The notes beneath the pieces were generated by a model. It saw only the letters and a list, made by a program, of their open reading frames with translations, was not told the origin of the DNA and did not search any database. Shown here piece after piece: positions 44,970 to 53,897 of a stretch of 64,000 nt of DNA. Origin of the DNA: Candidatus Latescibacterota bacterium (GTDB lineage Bacteria; Latescibacterota; UBA2968; UBA8231). The DNA lies in contig OZ242214.1 in NCBI GenBank assembly GCA_965206595.1, positions 960,001 through 1,024,000 of the forward strand, written 5' to 3'. A program made the translations under genes and the position numbers. Each line of letters opens with the position of its first letter. The stretch's first letter is position 1.

Positions 44970-46034
44970 CTACCGCCCCCGCAGGTAACGCCCGATGCGC
45001 TTGAGCCCCTCTTCGATCTTGTCGACGTCGAGGGCATACGACAGGCGCACCCGGTCCGGGGAGCCGAACCACTCCCCGAGGTAGGTGATGACCTTGTAGC
45101 GCTCGAAGAGGTCGCGGACGAAGTCGAGGGGCTCCTCGACCCGGGGCATGACGTAGAAGGCCCCTTCCGGTTTCCACAGGTCGAGGCCGAGGTCGGACAG
45201 GCCCTGGTAGATCAGGTCGCGGCGGTGGCGCCAGACCTCGAGCTGCTTCTCGGCGAAGTCCGAGGAGACCCCCACAGCGGCAAGGGCCATCTCCTGGCCG
45301 AGGATGTTGGTGTTCATCGAGGTGTGCGTCTTGACGGCGATCACCTCCTCGACCAGCTCCTGGTCGACGGACCAGAGGTAGCCGACCCGGAAGCCGCACA
45401 TGGCGTAGGTCTTGGAGAAGGAGTTGATGGTGACCACGTGCGGCCCCTTGAGGAGGTAGTTCTCGCGCACGTAGATCAGGTCCTTGTAGACCTCGTCGGA
45501 GAGCACGTACACCCCGAGCTCGCTGGTGAGTTTCTCGATTTTGGCCAGGGTCTCGATCGCCTCGACCCGCCCGGTCGGGTTGGAGGGGGAGTTGACGATT
45601 ACGGCGCGGCAGTCCCCGACCTTGGCGGCGAAATCGTCGAAGTCGATGCGGCCGTCGATGGTGTCGGTGTAGACCGGCTCGAGGCCGGCGAAGCGCGCCA
45701 TGTGCGGGTAGGAGTAGTAGTAGGGGCGCGCCATCAGGACCTTGCCGCCGGGCCCCTGCTTGCGGGCGATCACCCGCAGCACGAGGTCGAGCGCTTCGGA
45801 GGCGCCGTTGGTGATGACGAAGCTGTGGGGGGTCGAGTCGGGGTACTGACCGGCCAGCGCCCGGCGCAGCTCCACCATCCCCTGGATCAGCCCGTACTTG
45901 AAGTCGCGGTAGTGGGGGAGAACGTGGTACGCCTCGGGAGGCGGGGGCAGGTCCGGCTGCCCCGATCCGAATGAAATGACGTCGTCCCCCTGCACGCCGA
46001 TGAAGGTCGCGGGGGACAGCTCTTCTTTTCCCAT
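44970..46034 (-). CDS. PLP-dependent aminotransferase class I/II
   Basis: NSPSNPTG, SDEVY, SFSKTYAMCGFRVG. Confidence 0.92.
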   Translation of the reverse strand: MGKEELSPATFIGVQGDDVISFGSGQPDLPPPPEAYHVLPHYRDFKYGLIQGMVELRRALAGQYPDSTPHSFVITNGASEALDLVLRVIARKQGPGGKVLMARPYYYSYPHMARFAGLEPVYTDTIDGRIDFDDFAAKVGDCRAVIVNSPSNPTGRVEAIETLAKIEKLTSELGVYVLSDEVYKDLIYVRENYLLKGPHVVTINSFSKTYAMCGFRVGYLWSVDQELVEEVIAVKTHTSMNTNILGQEMALAAVGVSSDFAEKQLEVWRHRRDLIYQGLSDLGLDLWKPEGAFYVMPRVEEPLDFVRDLFERYKVITYLGEWFGSPDRVRLSYALDVDKIEEGLKRIGRYLRGR

Positions 46035-46057
46035 CCTGGTCTCGTTATGAAGGTTGT

Positions 46058-47170
46058 TCAGAAAACCGGGTTGTCGCCTGCGAACACCTGCCGCGCATGG
46101 GGGGAGAGTCTGCCGGCGGCCAGCATCCGCTCCGCCCAGTGCGGCGGTACTCCCTCCGACCACTTTCCCGGCTCGGCATTGGGGTCGGGGCTCCGGTAGG
46201 CCATCAGCAGCCCCCAGCGCACGGGGGCGTCGGGCGCCCGGTAGCCGACGAAGTGCGGCATGTGGTGGACGAAGGAGACCATGCTGCCGGGCGGAATCCG
46301 CAGGTGCACGATCTTCAGGGGCTCGCCGGTGAAGGCGTGGATCTTGCCCGGCAGCCAGTCCCTTTCCATCTCCTCGTCCCCCTCGTTGCGGCCGCCGTCC
46401 CATTTGTAAGGTATGCGGTAGAGGTGAGATCCGGGAATTACCGCGAGCTCGCCGCCGTGCTCGTCGTCGGCCCCCTCGGGGTAGCAGAGGGTGCGGATGC
46501 ACTGCTCCCGCAGGTACTCCTTCGTTAGGGCGCTGCCGTCCCCGACCCGGTCCTGGACCTCGTAACTGCCGTCGCGGTACGGGTGGCCGTGCCAGCGCCG
46601 ACCTCTCGACCCGGGGGAGCGGTTCATCAGCACCAGGTGGTCGAGGACGAAGCGGTCGCCGAATAGCTTGCCGAGCAGCTCCATCATCTGCGGATGCGCG
46701 GTGATGACGTCGAGGATGAAGCCGTCGTACGCCGCGGCCCAGTACTCCGGCATCATCCCCTCGGAGTCGACACCGGGGGTGACGAGGGTGGGCTCCGGAC
46801 CGAAGAGCCCGTGTTCGTGCATGTAGGCGCGGCCATCCCCAGGGAGGCAGCGGACCGCTTCGCAGCCGCCGAGGGTGCGCTGCCGCGCCTCGATGCCGAG
46901 TTCTTCGGGTGCGGGCGGTTTCAGGCCCCGGGCCGCGTAGTCGATGGCCCCCCAGTCGGTCGCCATGATGATGTCGTCGTTGAGCTGCTGCAGCCTCTCG
47001 AGACTGGCGGTGAACCGCTCCCGGCCGGCTTCGGTGAGGACCCCCTCCCAGACCCAGTACCCCTCGCGCTCGAAAGCGGCGCGGTCGAAGGCGGCCAGGA
47101 CCTCCGGCCGCAGCAGCTCGTCGAGGCGGGCGGGGACCGCTGCCGAGTCCGTGGTGGTATCCGTCGTCAT
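46058..47170 (-). CDS. Phytanoyl-CoA dioxygenase-like protein
   Basis: FEREGY, RWHGH, LAVIPGSH, PGSMVSF...H. Confidence 0.8.
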   Translation of the reverse strand: MTTDTTTDSAAVPARLDELLRPEVLAAFDRAAFEREGYWVWEGVLTEAGRERFTASLERLQQLNDDIIMATDWGAIDYAARGLKPPAPEELGIEARQRTLGGCEAVRCLPGDGRAYMHEHGLFGPEPTLVTPGVDSEGMMPEYWAAAYDGFILDVITAHPQMMELLGKLFGDRFVLDHLVLMNRSPGSRGRRWHGHPYRDGSYEVQDRVGDGSALTKEYLREQCIRTLCYPEGADDEHGGELAVIPGSHLYRIPYKWDGGRNEGDEEMERDWLPGKIHAFTGEPLKIVHLRIPPGSMVSFVHHMPHFVGYRAPDAPVRWGLLMAYRSPDPNAEPGKWSEGVPPHWAERMLAAGRLSPHARQVFAGDNPVF

Positions 47171-47238
47171 TGATTTGATCTCCGGCCGCTGCGGGAGGCA
47201 ACGGCTGACCGTGCCCCGGTTTCAATGTGCCGATCCCA

Positions 47239-47838
47239 TCAACACTTCCTCAGCCGGTCGAGGAGGGCCTTGGAGTGAGGACATGCGGCTTCAACGAGGG
47301 CGGGGTCGGCCTGCGCCAGCAACTCGAACGAGACTTTGCCCTTGGCGTAGGGTCTTTGGCATTCTGCGGTCGCGCGTTGGAGCGCCTCGATGACCCCCGC
47401 CTTGGGAACGGTTTCCAGCTGAGGCCATTGACCGAGCGCATTCTCCCTGAACTTCCGGCCGAAATAGCGCTTCAGCGAATTGCGGTCCGCCAGCAACCAC
47501 GTTTCCATCAGCTGCACCATCAGAAATGCCTGGTCGTCGCCGGTCCCCCGCGGCCGGTGCCAGCCATCGCGCGCGCGCAGATGTTGCCAGACCGAATGTT
47601 CCGCCTCGAGAGCATCCTCACTGTCAACGAGGAGAAGCGGCACGCGTTTCGGGTCGGGATACTCAATCGCCCTTGCAAAGAGATCGAAGGTTCGATCTCG
47701 TCCGCCTCCGCGCACTACTCGGGGCAGATGGTCCTCCAATCGTGCAGCTGCAAAAAAGGCCGTTCACGAGCGGCGGAAGAGGCGTTCCAGGTTCTGGTCC
47801 CTAGCTCCTCCGCCCTCGATATAGATGACGGCCCTCAC
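47239..47838 (-). pseudogene. DUF4276-family protein with in-frame TGA at codon 25
   Basis: VRAVIYIEGGG...RRS*TAFF (stop at 47764-47766); LLVDSED, MVQLMETWLLAD, YAKG. Confidence 0.8.
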
Positions 47839-49035
47839 CAGCGATTACCGCCGAGCTCCCCCGAACTCCAGAGGTCGCCGAGGCTGTACTGGTCCAACCA
47901 TGTCCTCAATCTCTCACCGTCAAGCCGCTCGAACCGCGACTCGCCGTTGTCCTGCTCGCACACTACGATGCTCGAGGGGGTAGTCGGAGAGGGCATCGAC
48001 CAACATGTGAGAGTGAGTGGTGACCACGATCTGCATACGCTGAGAGGCGTTGACGAGCAACTCAGCGACCTTGGCGACAACGTCGGGATGAAGGCCCAGC
48101 TCCGGCTCCTCGATGGCGACCAGGGACGGCGGCTCGGGATGCAGCAGAACGGCCAGCAGGCAGAGGTAGCGCAGGGTGCCGTCGGACAGGCGGCTCGCTG
48201 GAATCTGGCGTCCGTCCCCTTCCTCCAGGAAGAGGGACACCGTCCCACCCGTAACCGGGCAGTTGACGTCGACGATGCCGTCGAAGAGTTCCTGCAGCTC
48301 CTTGAGAAGTTGCCGCTTGGCCGGCCCTTGGAAGTGCGACAGCACGAGGGCGAGGTTCGCCCCTCCCTCGTTGAGGAAGTCGGGGCGGTCATGCGTGCTC
48401 TGGTTCCGGCGCCATTCCGCCCCGGGACCGAACGACCAGTTCCGATACAGGCGAATGCGCTCGTAATGGTTCTGCAGTCGGTGCATCTCGGGGTAGGTTT
48501 GGGCATCGCGAACCTGGGACAGAACGGATTGCTCCGGACTTGACCGCTCGTGTTGGAGAAGGAGGTCAAGCGTGTCGGATGGCCAGGAGTGGGGTCCCCC
48601 CTCCGGTCCATAAGCCAAGTCGAACGTGTGATATCCCTGGAGAAGGCGGTAGCAGAACCCGGCTTCGGCCGGGGTCGCGGATTTTCCCGCGTGCTCGATG
48701 CGTTCCCCGGTAACCTCGAAGAGCCCGCCGTGGTCGGTGAATTCCAACACGTGCCGCAAGGGGGCTTCCTCCCCGGAATCGTTGATCACGGCTTCCAGCG
48801 TCGCCTTGCCCGGCGATTCATCCCCTTTCCAGAGCCACTCCCACACTCCTCCTCCGCGTTTGATCGGTCCTGAGAGTTCACGCGGCGCCGCGCCGAGCAA
48901 ACCCAGCACTTCCAGCAGGTTCGATTTTCCCGAACCGTTCGGGCCGATCAGGACGTTCAGGGGTTCCATGGGCAGATCGATTCCCTGCGGTCCGAAGGAC
49001 AACAGTCCCGAGACCTTGAGTCTCCGAATCATCAT
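47835..49035 (-). CDS. AAA_15/AAA_21 ABC-type ATPase, frameshifted near 47976-47980
   Basis: GPNGSGKSN, LSDGTLR, IEEPELGLHP, TTHS; tail LGDLWSSGELGGNRW in the next frame. Confidence 0.88.
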
Positions 49036-49133
49036 GCCGGCTTCCGTCCTGCTTGATTCGTTCATGGGTTAGCCGAATTCACCCGTCCACATGGGTCCGC
49101 AATTCTAAAGTACGACCTCTCACCGCAGCAGCC

Positions 49134-49991
49134 CTAGCTGGGGGCAAGGCCCGCCATGGAAAGGGTGGTCCGGTGCATGACGCGGCGGAAGCGGCCGTCC
49201 CAGGGCCGGCCGCGATGCAGGCAGCTGACGTTGTCCCACATCACCAGGTCGTGCCGCTTCCACTCGTGGCGGTACACGAAGGCCGGCTGCGTCGCCCATT
49301 CGAGAAGCTCCGCCAGCAGGGCGCGGCCCTTCTCCACCGGCCAGCCGACGATATGGGTGGTGTACGAGCCGACGAGGAGGACCTTCTCGCCGCTCTCGGG
49401 AATCGTGCGCACCAGCGGCTGCGGCGCCGGGGGCGTGTCCTTGAGGAACTCGTCGTCCATCAGGCCGGGGGCGACCTGCTGCCGCGACCAGGCGATGCTG
49501 TGCTCGGCGACCAGGTCCTCGATCAGCTCCTTGCGCTCGTCGGTGAGCGTGGCGTAAGCGGCGCGCAGGCTCGCGTACTCGGTCTCGCCTCCTGCGGGCG
49601 GCACCTCCTTGGCCGACAGCAGGGAGCCGCGCAGCGGCACCTTGCGGAAGGAGCCGTCCGAGTGCCACAGGGTGTTCCCCTTCTGGTAGAGCATGCGCTG
49701 GTCGTCGGGGGGGATGACCTCGCCGTTGTCGTCGACGTTGCAGATGACGCCGACGGGGCCGCCGTCGCCGACCGGGTCGCTGGGGATGGTCATCTCGAGG
49801 GGGCCGAACCCCTCGCTGAAGGCGACGTGCTGCTCGTCGCCGATCTCCTGGCCGCGAAAGAGGAGGACCGAGTGCCGGTGGAAGGCCTCGCGCAGAAGGG
49901 CGAAGGTGCCGCTGTCGATGGGGGAAGCGATGTCGACGCCGTGGACCTCGGCGCCGATGTGCTCACTGATTTTTTCGATTCTCAGGGTCAT
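49134..49991 (-). CDS. TauD/TfdA-family Fe(II)/2OG dioxygenase
   Basis: WHSDGSF, GGETEY, MWDN...HR, MHRTT. Confidence 0.92.
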   Translation of the reverse strand: MTLRIEKISEHIGAEVHGVDIASPIDSGTFALLREAFHRHSVLLFRGQEIGDEQHVAFSEGFGPLEMTIPSDPVGDGGPVGVICNVDDNGEVIPPDDQRMLYQKGNTLWHSDGSFRKVPLRGSLLSAKEVPPAGGETEYASLRAAYATLTDERKELIEDLVAEHSIAWSRQQVAPGLMDDEFLKDTPPAPQPLVRTIPESGEKVLLVGSYTTHIVGWPVEKGRALLAELLEWATQPAFVYRHEWKRHDLVMWDNVSCLHRGRPWDGRFRRVMHRTTLSMAGLAPS

Positions 49992-50393
49992 GTCTGGTTT
50001 CTCCGGGGGCTGCTGCTTCGGTGACTGGAAGCGGGGACACCGGGCAGCCGCAATGCCGGTCGACCGGCGGACGTGCGCTCCTTCAGGTGCTCCGCTTCAG
50101 GGATGAAAATCCAACTGCCGGGGACACCGGGCAATCTGTCGGAAGTTCGGGCTGCGCCAGTGAGACCTGAATCGGTGCAACTCAGGGTCAAGGGAATCGG
50201 TTATAGGGCGACCGGTGAGACCGGGTTTGGTGCAACCTGCGAGTGAAGCGGGAAGAGGAATCCGGAAAGCCTCGAGCCGGCGCATATACGAGGTGGTGCG
50301 ATCGCGCCCCCGGAACAGCCAACCATTCCGCCCTCCATGCTCCAGCGGTGGGGACAGTGAATATGGTTCCTGCCGTGAGCCCGGGGGGGCCTG

Positions 50394-51446
50394 CTACGCG
50401 GGAGCTTCGTTCCCCCAGGGATACGACTCGACGAGGAGCAAGCGGTCGGACGCGGGCAGCCGGACCCGGGCGCCCTCCCGGCCCGAGGAGGAGCAGATGG
50501 CGAAACCGATCTCGGTTGCGCGCCGGGCTTCGGGGACGTCGCAGGCGGTGCGCCCTCCTTCCTTCACGGCGCGCACCAGATCGGCGACCATGTCCATTCC
50601 CGCCGGCCAGCCTTCCGCCTTCGGCGGCAGGGGCAGCGGCTCTTCGGATGCGTCCTTGTGGATGCGGGCTGCGGCGGCGTCTGCGAACACCGAGATGCGC
50701 CCTTCTTCCGAGGTGATCTCGAAGGCGGGGCCCTTGGGCCCGTCGCAGGTGACGAATGCGGTGAGGCCGTTCTCCATGCCGATCTGCGCCCGGCAGGGCG
50801 GGTCGCTGCGGCGGCGTTCGTCCTGAGAATCGCCGGGGTCGAGAAAGCCGCTGACCCAGGTAGGCTCCGGGTCGCCGAGAAGCATGAGCATGGCGTCGTA
50901 CCAGTGGCATCCGTGGTTGATCGTATTCGGGATTCCGTAGGCGACGAGGTTGCTGATCTCGCCGACCGGGGCGGCCGCAAGGGCGGAGCAGAGCGCCCGG
51001 TACGCAGGGTCCCAGCGGCGGTCCAGGGCGAAGGCCAGGGGAATTCCCTCGCAGGCGGCGACGACGCGGTCGAGCTCGGCGAGGCTGGTCACCAGCGGTT
51101 TGTCGCAGAGGATTCCCCGAACTCCGGCCGTCACCGCCTGTTCGATCTGATCGGCGTGCATGGTCTGCCGGGTGGCGATGCAGACGAGGTCGGGCAGGAC
51201 CTCGTCGAGAAGCTGCTCGTAGTTGTCGAAGGCAGGCACCTCACCCCAGACCTCCCGCCAGCACTCGACGAATCCGGCGCGCTCCGTTTCTCCGTAGTCG
51301 AAGACACCGGCGACTTCGGTTTCAGGATGGGCGCAGAAGGCGGAGGCGAAGTTGTGGCTCCCCGGCTTGCGCAGGAACTGCCGGTGGCAGCCGGCGATGG
51401 CGACGCGCAGCATGCGCTCAGCTTTCTGTTCCCGGGTGCCCGGCAT
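50394..51446 (-). CDS. Gfo/Idh/MocA oxidoreductase
   Basis: CIATRQTMH, ILCDKPL, NHGCHWYD. Confidence 0.85.
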   Translation of the reverse strand: MPGTREQKAERMLRVAIAGCHRQFLRKPGSHNFASAFCAHPETEVAGVFDYGETERAGFVECWREVWGEVPAFDNYEQLLDEVLPDLVCIATRQTMHADQIEQAVTAGVRGILCDKPLVTSLAELDRVVAACEGIPLAFALDRRWDPAYRALCSALAAAPVGEISNLVAYGIPNTINHGCHWYDAMLMLLGDPEPTWVSGFLDPGDSQDERRRSDPPCRAQIGMENGLTAFVTCDGPKGPAFEITSEEGRISVFADAAAARIHKDASEEPLPLPPKAEGWPAGMDMVADLVRAVKEGGRTACDVPEARRATEIGFAICSSSGREGARVRLPASDRLLLVESYPWGNEAPA

Positions 51447-51494
51447 TGGGCTTGTACCCGGGAGCGTGGCTGCCCGGGGCGAACTCGAGTTTCG

Positions 51495-51584
51495 TCATGC
51501 TCCGGAGCCCGGGCGCGAGAAAACCTCCGCCTCCGGTTCGAACCTGAAGGCGCGGTTACCTGCGGCGTACGTGAGGAGTTTCAT
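51495..51584 (-). pseudogene. 29-aa chimeric deletion scar
   Basis: MKLLTYAAGNRAF followed by RFEPEAEVFSR, which copies the C-terminus of the upstream M81 gene (RFEPRPEVFSR). Confidence 0.5.
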
Positions 51585-53089
51585 GTGGGTTTCCTGCCCC
51601 GGCGCGAGAAAACCTCCGGCCGCGGCTCGAAACGGACGCCGTCGTCGAGCGGATAGACCGGCCGCCTGCAGATGGTGTGCCCCAGGCTCGGAAGGTTGGC
51701 GCTCGTGGATCCCGGGGCGTCGATGTTGAAGTTCGCCGCGGCCCAGGCGGTGAAAAAGCGCTCCTGGCAGTGGGGGGACTTCACCACGACGAGGTCGAAC
51801 AGCCGCGGGTCGCAGCCGTGGGCGAAGAAGAGGGAGCGGTCGAGGAGATAGACCGGACGCGAAGTGACCACGATGCTCATGCGGCCGGCCAGAAGCAGGG
51901 CGGTGTCGCCGGCGTCCTGGCGGGTCCCCCAGGTCTCGAAAGGGTAGGGGCCGGTGCGCAGCATGGTGACGGTGGCCTCGATCTGCAGGGGGGTGAAGCG
52001 GGGATCCAGGGTGCCCCCCAGCGAGAAGCGGCCGGTGTTGCCGACACCGGTCTCGAAGGCCTGCCGTACCGCCGGGGGGTCGACCAGCGGCGCGAGAACG
52101 GTTCCCTCGTAACCGGCCTCGAGCAACGCCGCGAGGATGAAGTTGCTGTCGCCGCTGGCTCCGGAGCTGGTGGCGTCCGCGGCATCTGCGAAGATCGCCG
52201 TGCCTTCGAGGCCGCGCGCCTTTTCGATAGCCTCTTCTACCTTGACGAGCGACGCCTGCATGCGGGCGCGGTCGGGCCAGAAACCGCGCGCCAGCTCCAG
52301 CGCCTCCGTTTCAGCGGCCTCGGGGTCGCCGTCGGTGACCACGAGGCTCTGCGAGCAGAGCTCGGGCACGTCGGTGAAGGGGTTGCCGATCATCATGCCC
52401 GCGGCCAGCGTCTTCCCCGAGCGCTCCAGCTCCTGCGCACGGCGGATGGTCTCGCCGTAGATGCCGGTCTCCGTGATCAGCTCGTCGCCGCGCACCAGCG
52501 CCGGAACCGGAACCCGGGCGACGACGGGGCGCAGCCCTTCGTCAAGAATGCGCAGCAGCAGGCGGGCGGCGCGCGCGCCGGTGTCGGCGAAGTCGACGTG
52601 CGGGTAGGTGTGCAGCAGGGTGAGGGCGTCGCAGTGCTCGAGCATCCGCCGCGTGAGGATGCCGTGCAGGTCGAGGGAGATGACGATGGGGAGGTCCGGC
52701 CCCACAAGCCGCCGCACCTCCTGCAGGAGGTACCCCTCAGGATCGAGTTCTTCGGTGGCCCCCATGGCCCCGTGCAGGGTGAAGTAGAACCCGTCGGCTC
52801 CCCCGCGATGCTCCCGCTCCACCGCCCCGAGGAGCTCCGCGGCGAGGCGCTCGAAGTCCTCTTGCACCAGGGGGCCGGAGGAGCAGGCGTCCCCGCCCCA
52901 CAGCGGAACCGGCTCGACGTCAGGCCTCCCCTCGAAAACTTTAAGGGCCCCGCTGACGTAGGTCTCGATGCCGCGATGATGGGAGAACAGCTCTCCGCCC
53001 CGCCTGATGTCGAAGTCCCCGTACCGGGTCTCGACCGGGTTGAAGGAGGAGATCTCCTGCATGCACTCGGCTACGAGGATTCGGTACAT
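51581..53089 (-). CDS. M81/MlrC-family metallopeptidase
   Basis: MQEISSF, LHGAM, DPEG, DLHG, TYPHVD, VVVKS. Confidence 0.9.
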   Translation of the reverse strand: MYRILVAECMQEISSFNPVETRYGDFDIRRGGELFSHHRGIETYVSGALKVFEGRPDVEPVPLWGGDACSSGPLVQEDFERLAAELLGAVEREHRGGADGFYFTLHGAMGATEELDPEGYLLQEVRRLVGPDLPIVISLDLHGILTRRMLEHCDALTLLHTYPHVDFADTGARAARLLLRILDEGLRPVVARVPVPALVRGDELITETGIYGETIRRAQELERSGKTLAAGMMIGNPFTDVPELCSQSLVVTDGDPEAAETEALELARGFWPDRARMQASLVKVEEAIEKARGLEGTAIFADAADATSSGASGDSNFILAALLEAGYEGTVLAPLVDPPAVRQAFETGVGNTGRFSLGGTLDPRFTPLQIEATVTMLRTGPYPFETWGTRQDAGDTALLLAGRMSIVVTSRPVYLLDRSLFFAHGCDPRLFDLVVVKSPHCQERFFTAWAAANFNIDAPGSTSANLPSLGHTICRRPVYPLDDGVRFEPRPEVFSRRGRKPT

Positions 53090-53095
53090 GGCCGC

Positions 53096-53842
53096 TCAGT
53101 GTCCGTAGTCTGATTTAAGGGTCGATTCGTCCCGCCAGCTCGGACTTCTCAGCTCCGCCTCCCTGGTCTTCTTCGCCAGGCAGGAGCAGTTCCGGGCCAG
53201 GACCTCGAAGAGGCGGTTGGCGACGAGCCGGTGCCCGAGGTCGTTCTGGTGCACCCCGTCGTAATGGACCGTCCATGGCGCTTCACCGCTGGCCTCGAGA
53301 AGGTCGGCGTAGAGACAGCCCAGTTCTTCCGCGACCTCGGCGGTCGCGGCGTTGAAGCTCTTGAACAGGGGCAGGTTGGCGTGGCTCCAGGCCGCGCCCC
53401 CTACGGTGAAGTCGGTCATGAAGTAGGGACCGGTAAGCAGGATGAGCGGGTCAGCGCGCACGCGCACGCGCCGCACCAGCATGGCGAGATCCTCGCGGAA
53501 CTGCGGCAGCGGCGTGCCGCCGCGGGCGTCGTTGAGGCCGTAGGAGATGATCAGCAGGTCGGGGTCGTGGGCGAGGACGTGCTTCTCCAGGCGCTCCGAG
53601 GCGGCCGGCTTTCCGCTCTCTTCATAGGAAGGGCTGCGGGTGGAGATGAGGTTGGCGCCGATCCCGGAGTTGACCACCCGCGCCGGCGTCTCCTGGAAGT
53701 CGTTGATGAGGCCGCCGAGAACGGCAACCCAGCAGCGCTCCGGGGAGGTGCTCCAGCCGCCCGCGGTGGTGCTCTCCCCGAGGGCGACCAGGCACCGGAA
53801 TTCTTCGGCGTGCCAGTTTTTCTTTGAATTCAAGGAATTCAA
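53096..53842 (-). CDS. SGNH/GDSL hydrolase
   Basis: LGESTTAG, NSGIG, YGLND, DGVHQN. Confidence 0.88.
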   Translation of the reverse strand: MNSLNSKKNWHAEEFRCLVALGESTTAGGWSTSPERCWVAVLGGLINDFQETPARVVNSGIGANLISTRSPSYEESGKPAASERLEKHVLAHDPDLLIISYGLNDARGGTPLPQFREDLAMLVRRVRVRADPLILLTGPYFMTDFTVGGAAWSHANLPLFKSFNAATAEVAEELGCLYADLLEASGEAPWTVHYDGVHQNDLGHRLVANRLFEVLARNCSCLAKKTREAELRSPSWRDESTLKSDYGH

Positions 53843-53897
53843 GGGTCGATTCCTCCAGGGCCTGATCGCTGACTACATACACTTACCGAATAAAATT

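Noticed and set aside
47764-47766. TGA recoding (alternative genetic code or selenocysteine)
   Set aside because: TGA is the normal stop for many genes here, and no other in-frame TGA pattern was seen. A nonsense mutation is simpler.
49992-50110. Glycine riboswitch-like CACCTGAAGGAGC / CACCGAAG on the minus strand
   Set aside because: The conserved GGAGA and CTCTCAGG elements are not in the required positions.
51581-53089. Microcystin degradation cluster
   Set aside because: Only an MlrC-family peptidase is present, with no mlrA, mlrB or mlrD; the family is widespread.
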